DNA of 64,000 bases from an uncultured Alphaproteobacteria bacterium (lineage in GTDB: Bacteria > Pseudomonadota > Alphaproteobacteria > Methylaequorales > Methylaequoraceae). The notes beneath the pieces were generated by a model that saw nothing but the letters and a program-made list of their open reading frames with translations, made no database searches and was not told the DNA's origin. The DNA is taken from assembly GCA_902579395.1 (NCBI GenBank), contig CACHGK010000001.1, forward strand, positions 64,504 through 128,503, given 5' to 3'. Below are positions 17,131-27,281 of the stretch, piece after piece; positions within the stretch are counted from its first letter, which is position 1; each line of letters begins with the position of its first letter. The position numbers and the translations under genes were made by a program.

Positions 17131-18618
17131 ATGAATTATTTTAAGCTAAAAAATCTTTTTGAAGAACAAAGTATTCTTAACGATATTAATGGAATCCTTA
17201 ATTGGGATATGGCCACTTATATGCCAGTAAAATCAAGAGGAGAGAGAATAAAACAGATTAAAAAGATTTATGACTACAAAAAAAAAATTATTGATGAAAT
17301 AAAAAAAAATAATCTATTGCAAAAAATTGATGATACTAAATTAAGTTCAGAGGACAAATTAAATTTTACTCTAATGAAAGAAAAATTAGATTATTATGAA
17401 ATAGTTCCTTATGAAAAAATAAAAAAAAAAGCTTCATTATCTATTGAATGTGAAGGAAAATGGAGAGATGCCAGAGAAAAGTCTAACTTTAATATTGTAA
17501 AAAAATCTTTTAAAAAACTAGTAAATGTAATTCGCGAAGAAGCTGAAACATTATCTCAAGAAAAAAATAAAAATAGATATGATTGCTTACTTAATAACTA
17601 TGATCGATCTCTTGATACTAAAATATTAAAGAAAATATTTAATAGATTAGAGAAATTTATAAAAAAAAAACTTCCTTTAATTTTAAAAAAACAAAATTTT
17701 ACAGATGATCCCTTAAATTCAAATTCTCTCTCAGAAGAAGAACAAATTCATCTTTCTAAAATATTTATGACAAAATTAGGTTTTGATTTCAATAAAGGTA
17801 GAATAGATAAGAGTATTCATCCATTTTGTGGTGGCACAACGAATGATATTAGAATAACAACTAGATTTAATAAAAATGATTCTTTTTCTTGTTTTGATGC
17901 ACTTATGCACGAAACAGGACACGGCCTATATGAACAAAATCTTCCAAAAAAATGGTCCCATCAACCTTTGGGTAAATCTGGGGGTATGTCGTTACATGAA
18001 AGTCAGTCTTTATTTATAGAAATGCAAATAATAAAATCTCTACCAGTTAGTAAATTTATCCAGAAAGTTTTACAAACTAAAATTAAAAAAAGTTTTAGAG
18101 AGTTAAATTATAAAAATATCTATAAATTTAGAAAAAAAGTAAAAAAAGGGTTTATTAGAGTTGATGCTGACGAAGTACATTATCCTTTGCATATAATTCA
18201 TAGATTCAATATTGAACATAAAATTATTGAAGAGAATTTTAACGTTGAAGATCTTCCTGACCTTTGGAATGACGAATTTTTTAGGCTTTTTGAAATTAAT
18301 GTCGATACTGATACAAACGGTTGTTTACAAGATATTCATTGGTATGGGGGAGACTTTGGATATTTTCCGACTTACAGTCTTGGAGCAATTATTGCTGCGC
18401 AATTAATGAATAAAATTAAAAAAAAAATACCAAAGTTTAGTTTTCATCTAGAGAAAGGAAATTTTAAACACATGATACGATGGCTAAAAGAAAACGTACA
18501 TGAAAAAGGCAACTTCTACAAAATAAACGAAATTTTAGAGAAAATTACAGGAGAAAAGCTCAATCTAAATCACTATGAAAATCATATCTCTGATAGATAT
18601 ATAAAAGAAATTTATTAA
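17131..18618 (+). CDS. carboxypeptidase Taq-type metallopeptidase (M32)
   Basis: 495 aa with HETGHGLYE (HExxH), HESQS, IRVDADEVHYPLHII and DIHWYGG motifs of the M32 family. Confidence 0.85.
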   Translation: MNYFKLKNLFEEQSILNDINGILNWDMATYMPVKSRGERIKQIKKIYDYKKKIIDEIKKNNLLQKIDDTKLSSEDKLNFTLMKEKLDYYEIVPYEKIKKKASLSIECEGKWRDAREKSNFNIVKKSFKKLVNVIREEAETLSQEKNKNRYDCLLNNYDRSLDTKILKKIFNRLEKFIKKKLPLILKKQNFTDDPLNSNSLSEEEQIHLSKIFMTKLGFDFNKGRIDKSIHPFCGGTTNDIRITTRFNKNDSFSCFDALMHETGHGLYEQNLPKKWSHQPLGKSGGMSLHESQSLFIEMQIIKSLPVSKFIQKVLQTKIKKSFRELNYKNIYKFRKKVKKGFIRVDADEVHYPLHIIHRFNIEHKIIEENFNVEDLPDLWNDEFFRLFEINVDTDTNGCLQDIHWYGGDFGYFPTYSLGAIIAAQLMNKIKKKIPKFSFHLEKGNFKHMIRWLKENVHEKGNFYKINEILEKITGEKLNLNHYENHISDRYIKEIY

Positions 18619-18716
18619 GATTTTATTTCAAATTTATTTCAATTTTAAATAAATAATTATTTTTTAATTTTAATTTTTATTAAATTACTGTAAGATTTAC
18701 GTGTGTGGAGTTTTAA

Positions 18717-20843
18717 ATGGATGATTATTCCCTAAAAAAACATTTCGGTGGCTGTCCTCACGACTGCCCAGATACATGTGCAATGATCTACGAGGTTTCC
18801 GACAATAAGTTAGTTGCGGTCAAAGGTAATGAAGATCACCCAATGACCAACGGAGTACTTTGCGTTAAGTTGAAAGATTATGAAAACAGACATTATCATC
18901 CTGACCGTTTGCTTTACCCACACAAAAGAGTTGGCAAGAAAGGTGAAAAAAAATTTGAAAGAATCACTTGGGACGAAGCTTTAGAGACTATCACAGATAA
19001 ATGGAAAGACCTTATTAATCAATTTGGACCCGAATCAATAATTCCATATAGTTATCTCGGGAATCAGGGTTTAGTTCATGGGTTAAATGGAGGCGATTCA
19101 TTTTTTAATGCACTAGGTGCTACAGTTTGTGAAAGAACGTTTTGTGGAGAGGGTTCCTGTACAGCTTGGCTTACAACAATTGGACCGACTGCTGGTTTAG
19201 ATCCGGAAAGTTATATTCACAGTAAATACATTGTAATCTGGGCTTGTAATAGTGTGAGCACTAATCTTCATCACTGGTCTATTGTTCAAGATGCAAAAAA
19301 AAAGGGAGCAAAAGTTGTTGTAATTGATTCTTACAAATCTAGAACTGCAAAACAAGCAGATTGGCATATAGAACCTAAACCAGGTTCAGATGGTGCTTTA
19401 GCAATGGCTATTATAAACTATATTATCTCAAATGATTTAGTTGATACTGAATATGTTAAAAATTATACTAACGGATTTGATGAGTTAAAAAATCATATTG
19501 TTGGCAAAGATGCAGAATGGGCTTCAAAAATAACTGGTATAAATTCTGACGATATAAAAAAACTTGCTTATGAAATTGCTACTAATCAACCAGTTGGTAT
19601 TAGGATTGGCGTTGCGTTAGAAAGGCATTATGGTGGTGGACAAACAATAAGAGCGGTAACTTGTATTCCTGCACTTACAGGTTCTTGGAAACATGTTGGA
19701 GGTGGAATTACTCAATTTCCTGTTTGGGAACATCCATATAAATTTGATGTGATTTGCAGACCAGACTTAATTCCTAAGGAAACAAGAGTAATAAATGCAT
19801 TACAAATAGGTAGGGCACTATTAGGCGAAAACATAGAAAAAGAAAAGCCAATTATGTCAATGATGTGTTGGAATGCCAACCCAGTAACTCAAGCTGCTGA
19901 AACTGAGAAAATTATAAAGGGTCTTGAAAGAGAAGATTTGTTTCTAGTGTCAGCGGAACATTTTATTTCAGATACCGCCTCATATGCTGATATACTTTTA
20001 CCTGCAACAATGGGAGCAGAGCACGAAGATATGATTCTATCTTGGGGACATTTATACTTAACATATAATGAAAAATGTGTAGAGGCCCCAGGAGAAGCAA
20101 TTCCTAATTATGAAATATTTAGAAGACTTGCAAAAAAAATGGGTATGAACCACGAACAGTTTTCATGGAGTGACGAAGAGTGTCTAAAGAATTATGTAGA
20201 TTGGAATGCACCAGCCTGTGAGGGAATTACATTAGAGCTATTAAAAAAGAAGGGATTTGCAAGACTAAACGTTGGCTGTAAAGATACAAGAACACCGCAT
20301 AAAAATGGAAATTTTCCAACTGCGTCTGGAAAATGCGAGTTCTTCTTAAAAGATGCAAAAAACTTTGTGGCTGGTCCTTTTAGACAAATGTATGACGATT
20401 ATCAGCCTGGACAAGATTTACCGTCTTTGCCAGATTATGTTCCTCAATTAGAAACTAAAGAAACCAACCCTATTTTGGCAAAAAAATATCCACTAAATAT
20501 TATATCTCCCAAAAGTCATGCTTTTTTAAATTCTTGTTATGCGAATATGGAAGATAAACAAAGAGTTCAAGGAAAACAGTTTGTTTTATTAAATAAAGAA
20601 GATTCCGAAAAAAGACAAATTAAAAATGGTGACAATGTAAGGGTTTACAATGACAGAGGCTCTTATGAAGGAATTGCACAAATTACAGATGATGTTTCAG
20701 CAGGAATAATTGTTTCTTCACTAGGATATTGGAGACAGTTACACAAAGGTACTGTAAATAGTATTAGTTCAGCGAATCTAGCTGATATGGGGAATGCCCC
20801 AACATTTTCAGATAATCTCGTTGAAGTCAAAAAATTACCCTAA
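18717..20843 (+). CDS. cytoplasmic molybdopterin (Mo-bisPGD) oxidoreductase, substrate unknown
   Basis: 708 aa. The N-terminal 4Fe-4S Cys motif is CPHDCPDTC...C. A molybdopterin oxidoreductase core follows (IVIWACNSVSTN, VVVIDSYKSRTA), then a C-terminal MopB/ADC-like barrel (NGDNVRVYNDRGS). There is no twin-arginine signal. GGAG lies 8 nt before the ATG. Confidence 0.8.
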   Translation: MDDYSLKKHFGGCPHDCPDTCAMIYEVSDNKLVAVKGNEDHPMTNGVLCVKLKDYENRHYHPDRLLYPHKRVGKKGEKKFERITWDEALETITDKWKDLINQFGPESIIPYSYLGNQGLVHGLNGGDSFFNALGATVCERTFCGEGSCTAWLTTIGPTAGLDPESYIHSKYIVIWACNSVSTNLHHWSIVQDAKKKGAKVVVIDSYKSRTAKQADWHIEPKPGSDGALAMAIINYIISNDLVDTEYVKNYTNGFDELKNHIVGKDAEWASKITGINSDDIKKLAYEIATNQPVGIRIGVALERHYGGGQTIRAVTCIPALTGSWKHVGGGITQFPVWEHPYKFDVICRPDLIPKETRVINALQIGRALLGENIEKEKPIMSMMCWNANPVTQAAETEKIIKGLEREDLFLVSAEHFISDTASYADILLPATMGAEHEDMILSWGHLYLTYNEKCVEAPGEAIPNYEIFRRLAKKMGMNHEQFSWSDEECLKNYVDWNAPACEGITLELLKKKGFARLNVGCKDTRTPHKNGNFPTASGKCEFFLKDAKNFVAGPFRQMYDDYQPGQDLPSLPDYVPQLETKETNPILAKKYPLNIISPKSHAFLNSCYANMEDKQRVQGKQFVLLNKEDSEKRQIKNGDNVRVYNDRGSYEGIAQITDDVSAGIIVSSLGYWRQLHKGTVNSISSANLADMGNAPTFSDNLVEVKKLP

Positions 20844-21036
20844 TTTGTTACCATTAATATTTTGACTGAAATATTGGATATCCTTGTCTGTATAGTTGGA
20901 TAATTATTAAGAATTTAGTATTTTTAAGAATTAATAAATTTGATAATTTGTTTAATAAATCTTATGAAAAATATTTAATTATTGAATAGTTATTATTTAT
21001 TACAAATTAATAATATAAACAAAAGGTATAACTTAA

Positions 21037-21339
21037 ATGTTTATTGCAATGAACAGATTCAAAATTATTAAAGGTAAAGAGGAAATTTTTGAAAGTATCT
21101 GGAAAAATAGAGACTCTCATTTAGAAAATGTACCTGGCTTTAAAAATTTTAATTTAATTAAAGGAAAAGAAGAAGAGGAATTTGTAATCTACGCATCTCA
21201 TAGTACATGGGAATCAGAGAAAAGTTTCCTTGCGTGGACAAAATCTGAAGCATTTAAAGAAGCACATAAAAATGCTGGTCAACACAGAGAAATTTACATT
21301 GGTCACCCTGAATTTGAAGGCTTTAATGTAATCCTGTAG
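21037..21339 (+). CDS. antibiotic-biosynthesis-monooxygenase (ABM) domain protein
   Basis: 100 aa with a ferredoxin-like ABM pattern: IAMNRFKI..G.E..FE..W..R...L..VPGF ... YASHSTWESEKSFLAWTKSEAFKEAH. Confidence 0.6.
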   Translation: MFIAMNRFKIIKGKEEIFESIWKNRDSHLENVPGFKNFNLIKGKEEEEFVIYASHSTWESEKSFLAWTKSEAFKEAHKNAGQHREIYIGHPEFEGFNVIL

Positions 21340-21374
21340 TTTGTGTACTAAGAGTGTCAATAAAGCTAGATAAT

Positions 21375-23513
<2,139 letters not shown>

Positions 23514-23673
23514 TCAAATCCTTTCTATAAATCATGGACATATGGGGAAAAAGTTTGACCGCGAATGATCAATTTAATTACTCTCCACATATCTTATATG
23601 TTAAAAAATCAAATATTTTCAATATTTTTATATTAAACTTAATTCATATTTTTTACAATATTAATTAAGGTTT

Positions 23674-23694
23674 AAATTAGAATTATTCTAATTT
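23674..23694. promoter_or_regulatory. perfect 10-1-10 palindrome, candidate operator upstream of katG
   Basis: The sequence is AAATTAGAAT-T-ATTCTAATTT. Its inner 7-1-7 part, TTAGAATtATTCTAA, has Fur/PerR-family box architecture. It lies about 165-185 nt upstream of the katG ATG and about 20 nt upstream of a possible TTGTAA-17-TAATAT promoter on the minus strand. It is also 22 nt downstream of the stop of 23716..24384. Confidence 0.3.
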
Positions 23695-23715
23695 TCTATT
23701 TTGTTCAAAATTTGG

Positions 23716-24384
23716 TTAACTTAGCTCATCTTCTGAATCATCATTTAAAATTTGTAAATTTGAATCATTAAAGTTTGAATTGTCATTCAAGGTTTCATCT
23801 TTAGAAACTTTTGATGCTTGATCATCCATATCTACTTTTAGTTTATCTAAATTTTTTTCGTCATCTGAACTAACTATATCTACATTATTTTCATCAGATT
23901 TTATATCTGCAAGTGTAGGCGGTCCATATTCAATTTTTTCATTAGAATTTATTGAATCATTTACATACTTAACAGCTTCATTAAAAGAAAGACCTTTGGC
24001 CATTGCTTGGTCAATCAATATAGAATTATCAAATTTCGATGAATTTGCGAAGTCCAAACTATATGAATTACTACTATCAATATCATTCCCAATTTTTGGA
24101 TCAGATGACATGGATTGACTTAGAACAGTATCAATTGTATCGAAGGTTTCTTTAAAAGCCTCTTCAGGTGACATGCCCTCCTGAATGTTAGATTTAAATG
24201 TTTGTGTTAAATTTGATTTTAAATCATCTATAATATTTTCATTTAGTCCCATCTGATCCATGAGAGATGAAATCTCAGTTATACTTGAGGACAAAGCTTC
24301 TTCAATATTTTGCGGATACTCATTAATGTTATTATTTCCAATTTCTTGGATATTTTTTGTAATATGATCTATTAAATTTGCCAT
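23716..24384 (-). CDS. highly acidic hypothetical protein
   Basis: 222 aa, rich in D/E/S/N, with no signal peptide or TM helix. It has an internal duplicated motif (GMSPEEAFKETFDTI and GLSFNEAVKYVNDSI) and an acidic tail (DDSEDELS). I recognise no family. Confidence 0.4.
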   Translation of the reverse strand: MANLIDHITKNIQEIGNNNINEYPQNIEEALSSSITEISSLMDQMGLNENIIDDLKSNLTQTFKSNIQEGMSPEEAFKETFDTIDTVLSQSMSSDPKIGNDIDSSNSYSLDFANSSKFDNSILIDQAMAKGLSFNEAVKYVNDSINSNEKIEYGPPTLADIKSDENNVDIVSSDDEKNLDKLKVDMDDQASKVSKDETLNDNSNFNDSNLQILNDDSEDELS

Positions 24385-24480
24385 TTGCTTTATTAAATTT
24401 ATCTATTAATAAATTACTCTAATTATCGTTAATGATCAAATACTATAGAATGCTAGAAATACTTAAATTTAAAATTATTT

Positions 24481-24858
24481 TTAAACGCCAAAGATTTTTG
24501 CTTTTTCATAAAGTCTATCTGTTTCTGAAATGTAAACACCTTTACTTATATAACCACCAACATAGAGTTCTCTAATAGCAGTCATTTCCTCTTCTATTGC
24601 AACTAAAACATCTATAAATTCGTTGTCATCACTTACATTTAGGTTTCTTGAATTAACTATGTCATCTAAGTTAGGTTGTTTTCTCTCAACATCTTGTTTA
24701 ACAATTTTTTTTGATGATGATTTTATTAGAATTGAGAAAATAATGAAAATGGTTAAGAATATTAAAAAAAAAAATATGTAAATATTCTTAGTTTCACTTA
24801 AAAAAGGTAGAAGATTCTGTAGTCCCTCTAAATCAAATATATTATTAAATCTTTCCAT
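24481..24858 (-). CDS. hypothetical single-pass membrane protein
   Basis: 125 aa with one TM helix (IYIFFFLIFLTIFIIFSILI). The C-terminal segment IRELYVGGYISKGVYISETDRLYEKAK is faintly SHOCT-like. Confidence 0.35.
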   Translation of the reverse strand: MERFNNIFDLEGLQNLLPFLSETKNIYIFFFLIFLTIFIIFSILIKSSSKKIVKQDVERKQPNLDDIVNSRNLNVSDDNEFIDVLVAIEEEMTAIRELYVGGYISKGVYISETDRLYEKAKIFGV

Positions 24859-24912
24859 CTGTTTTCAACATATTGTGTTTACATTTCCTTTTTTATACAT
24901 TATCTTGTATAT

Positions 24913-25302
24913 ATGGTTCTTTTTAATATTTATAATAAAGCAAAAAAACATATTAACAAAACATATTTTAGTGAAAAAAATGTTATATCTTTTCAAGCTT
25001 ATAACTTACTAAAGAAATATGTTGTCAAAGGTCTAACTCATCCCAGCAGTTTAGATAAGGCTTACCCAAAAAATTTAAGATTAAATGTTTTAAAAAATGT
25101 TTCTCGTCGTTCTATGAAAACATTCTACAAACTTTCCGATCATTATAAAAAAAATAAAAATGGAGTTTTATTCCAATCCAATGAATTTCCTGTAAAAGAA
25201 AAAATTTCACCTAAAGCTAAGTCACTCTTAAAAAAATTAAACAATAATCTTCCTCGCTATACAAAAATTGATGAAATAATTAAAAAGCACAAATCAACCT
25301 GA
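24913..25302 (+). CDS. hypothetical basic protein
   Basis: 129-aa Lys-rich ORF, divergent from 24481..24858 across a 54-nt spacer. I recognise no family. Coding status rests only on ORF length and the absence of a competing gene. Confidence 0.3.
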   Translation: MVLFNIYNKAKKHINKTYFSEKNVISFQAYNLLKKYVVKGLTHPSSLDKAYPKNLRLNVLKNVSRRSMKTFYKLSDHYKKNKNGVLFQSNEFPVKEKISPKAKSLLKKLNNNLPRYTKIDEIIKKHKST

Positions 25303-25518
25303 TTTTTTTTTCCTATATATACCTGATTTGACCTTACCCGCTATACTTATCAGAAAATCAGCCACTTTATCGTCTGTATTTAAAGTTGATAATTCTCTTA
25401 TTGTTTCGTCAATAAAGGCTCCTATAGCTATGTATGGGTTTATTTTCTTTTTTCTGCATTCTTCTCTTGCTTTTAAAACAATTGCTGATGCTAATTTTTT
25501 CTGTTCATTTTCATTCAT
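25294..25518 (-). CDS. hypothetical 74-aa protein co-transcribed with umuDC
   Basis: Its start overlaps the umuC stop by 8 nt on the same strand. It is predicted helical and has a basic tail (YRKKKSG). I recognise no family. Confidence 0.35.
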   Translation of the reverse strand: MNENEQKKLASAIVLKAREECRKKKINPYIAIGAFIDETIRELSTLNTDDKVADFLISIAGKVKSGIYRKKKSG

Positions 25519-26842
25519 TTTTAACCTTAACTTTTGGTATATCGTCCCAACTCGTTGTATAACAAGGCGAACGATATTCTGATTTCATTTGCCAGCTAAT
25601 TTCTTCATTACTATTTTTTTCTTTAGAAAAGAAGTTTTTATCACAGTCCGAAGATAACTTAATTTTACCATACCCGAATCTATTATTAATGATATCAATT
25701 AACTTCATAATTTTCACTCCATTTTTTTTAGATATATCATTATTTAACTTTTCATCTATTAATGACATTTGTATTGATTCTTTTTTACAAAAGTCTGACA
25801 AGATAACACCAACCTTACTGTATATAAATGATTCCTTGTAAATCTCCTTTAATAATTTATCAGACACTTTCCAGATTAATCTCAAGTCAATTGTTGGTTC
25901 AATTAGTGTATACGTTTTGCTATTCTTGTATAAATTACTTTCATATCTAGATGTTTTCAGGAATATTGTTATAGTTCTACAAAATAAATTACTCATTCTC
26001 ATTTTAGATGCCGCCTTTTGAACATAAACAATTAACGCACTTCTCAAACTATCATAATAACGCAATTTTCTTCCAAATGATCTTGAAACACAAATTGACT
26101 TTTTATCAGGTAAAACATCTTCAATTTGATTACACAATACACCTCTTAGTTCAAGTACTGTTCTTTCTAATATAACACCTTTTTTTTTTCTAATAAAACT
26201 CTCGTTACATTCTTTTAAATTAAAGGCATTTTTTACATTATTGTCCTTAAGAAAAATTGAAAGTTTCTTACCTACTCCCCAGACATCTTCAACATCAGTA
26301 GTTTTCAGCACATATTCTAGATCTTCTTTTCTTCTGATTTCTAGCACATTTGAGCTATGAAAATCTAATTTACTATATATATTTTTCTTTTTAATTACTC
26401 TGTTAGTAATTTTCGCCAAAGTTTTTGTTTTTGCTATACCAATACTTACCGGAATACCTGTCCATTTTAATATCTTATTGGCCAAATCAACACATTCTTC
26501 TTCCTTGTTATTTAACTTATCTAAACTAAAAAATGCCTCATCTATTGAATATATTTCAACTTTATCGAAGTTATTCTTCAGAATATTCATTATTCTATTG
26601 GAAATATCTCCATAAACAGAATAATTTGATGAACAAACCACAACTTTATTATTAGTTAATTTATCTTTAATCTTAAAGAGTGGCTCACCCATTTTTATCC
26701 CAATATTTTTTGCTTCGTCAGAACGAGAGATAATACAACCGTCGTTATTTGAAAGAACAACAACCGGTTTCCCGACTAGTTTAGGATTGAATAATCTCTC
26801 ACAAGAAACATAAAAATTATTACAATCTAAAAGCGCAATCAT
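25511..26842 (-). CDS. umuC: Y-family translesion DNA polymerase (Pol V catalytic subunit)
   Basis: 443 aa with MIALLDCNNFYVSCERLFNP, SNNDGCIISRS and YSIDEAF motifs of UmuC/DinB-type polymerases. It lies 4 nt downstream of umuD. Confidence 0.85.
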   Translation of the reverse strand: MIALLDCNNFYVSCERLFNPKLVGKPVVVLSNNDGCIISRSDEAKNIGIKMGEPLFKIKDKLTNNKVVVCSSNYSVYGDISNRIMNILKNNFDKVEIYSIDEAFFSLDKLNNKEEECVDLANKILKWTGIPVSIGIAKTKTLAKITNRVIKKKNIYSKLDFHSSNVLEIRRKEDLEYVLKTTDVEDVWGVGKKLSIFLKDNNVKNAFNLKECNESFIRKKKGVILERTVLELRGVLCNQIEDVLPDKKSICVSRSFGRKLRYYDSLRSALIVYVQKAASKMRMSNLFCRTITIFLKTSRYESNLYKNSKTYTLIEPTIDLRLIWKVSDKLLKEIYKESFIYSKVGVILSDFCKKESIQMSLIDEKLNNDISKKNGVKIMKLIDIINNRFGYGKIKLSSDCDKNFFSKEKNSNEEISWQMKSEYRSPCYTTSWDDIPKVKVKNE

Positions 26843-26846
26843 AAAA

Positions 26847-27233
26847 TTACTTTAAGCTATGTAAAACGTAGGTAACAACACCCCATATCATAGTATCTGT
26901 ATTAGAATTGAGTTTAATGTTTGGATAATTATTATTTTCAGACTTTAGGTAATAATTTTTTAATTTGTCTTTTATTATTTTTTTTATAACTAGTTCACCG
27001 TCTATAGAGGCCAAGATTATAGATTGTCTTACTGGAGTCAAAGATCTGTCAACAATTAGTATATCATTGTCAAATATACCTACGTTAATCATAGAGTCAC
27101 CTGATACTCTTACAAAGAATGAAGACTCTTTATTCTTAATAAGATATTTATTTAAATCTAGCTGCTCTTCTACATAATTTTCAGCGGGTGATGGGAAACC
27201 TGCTGCAGCACTAACTAATTTTATTTTTTTCAC
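26847..27233 (-). CDS. umuD: S24 peptidase, translesion synthesis accessory protein UmuD
   Basis: 128 aa with a GTG start and an Ala-Gly cleavage region (SAAAGFPSPA). The catalytic Ser is in VSGDSM and the catalytic Lys in LVIKKI. Confidence 0.85.
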   Translation of the reverse strand: MKKIKLVSAAAGFPSPAENYVEEQLDLNKYLIKNKESSFFVRVSGDSMINVGIFDNDILIVDRSLTPVRQSIILASIDGELVIKKIIKDKLKNYYLKSENNNYPNIKLNSNTDTMIWGVVTYVLHSLK

Positions 27234-27253
27234 TCTAATTTTTCCTCATAATA

Positions 27254-27281
27254 ATTATAAGAACAAAAGGAGAACTTTCAA
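27254..27281 (-). promoter_or_regulatory. umuDC promoter
   Basis: The minus strand reads TTGAAA (27281-27276), a 16-nt spacer, then TATAAT (27259-27254). GAGGAAAAA, a likely RBS, and the GTG start at 27233 follow. The -35 element overlaps the stop codon of the upstream ligase gene. Confidence 0.65.
27261..27275 (-). promoter_or_regulatory. alphaproteobacterial-type LexA (SOS) box
   Basis: The minus strand reads GTTC-TCCTTTT-GTTC, which is GAAC-N7-GAAC on the plus strand. This is an exact match to the GTTC-N7-GTTC direct repeat. It sits in the spacer between the -35 and -10 elements of the umuD promoter. Confidence 0.7.

Noticed and set aside
23534-23668. 44-codon plus-strand ORF in the katG upstream region.
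   Set aside because: It has no convincing RBS and lies in the katG leader/promoter on the opposite strand. The composition of its 3' part is like intergenic DNA.
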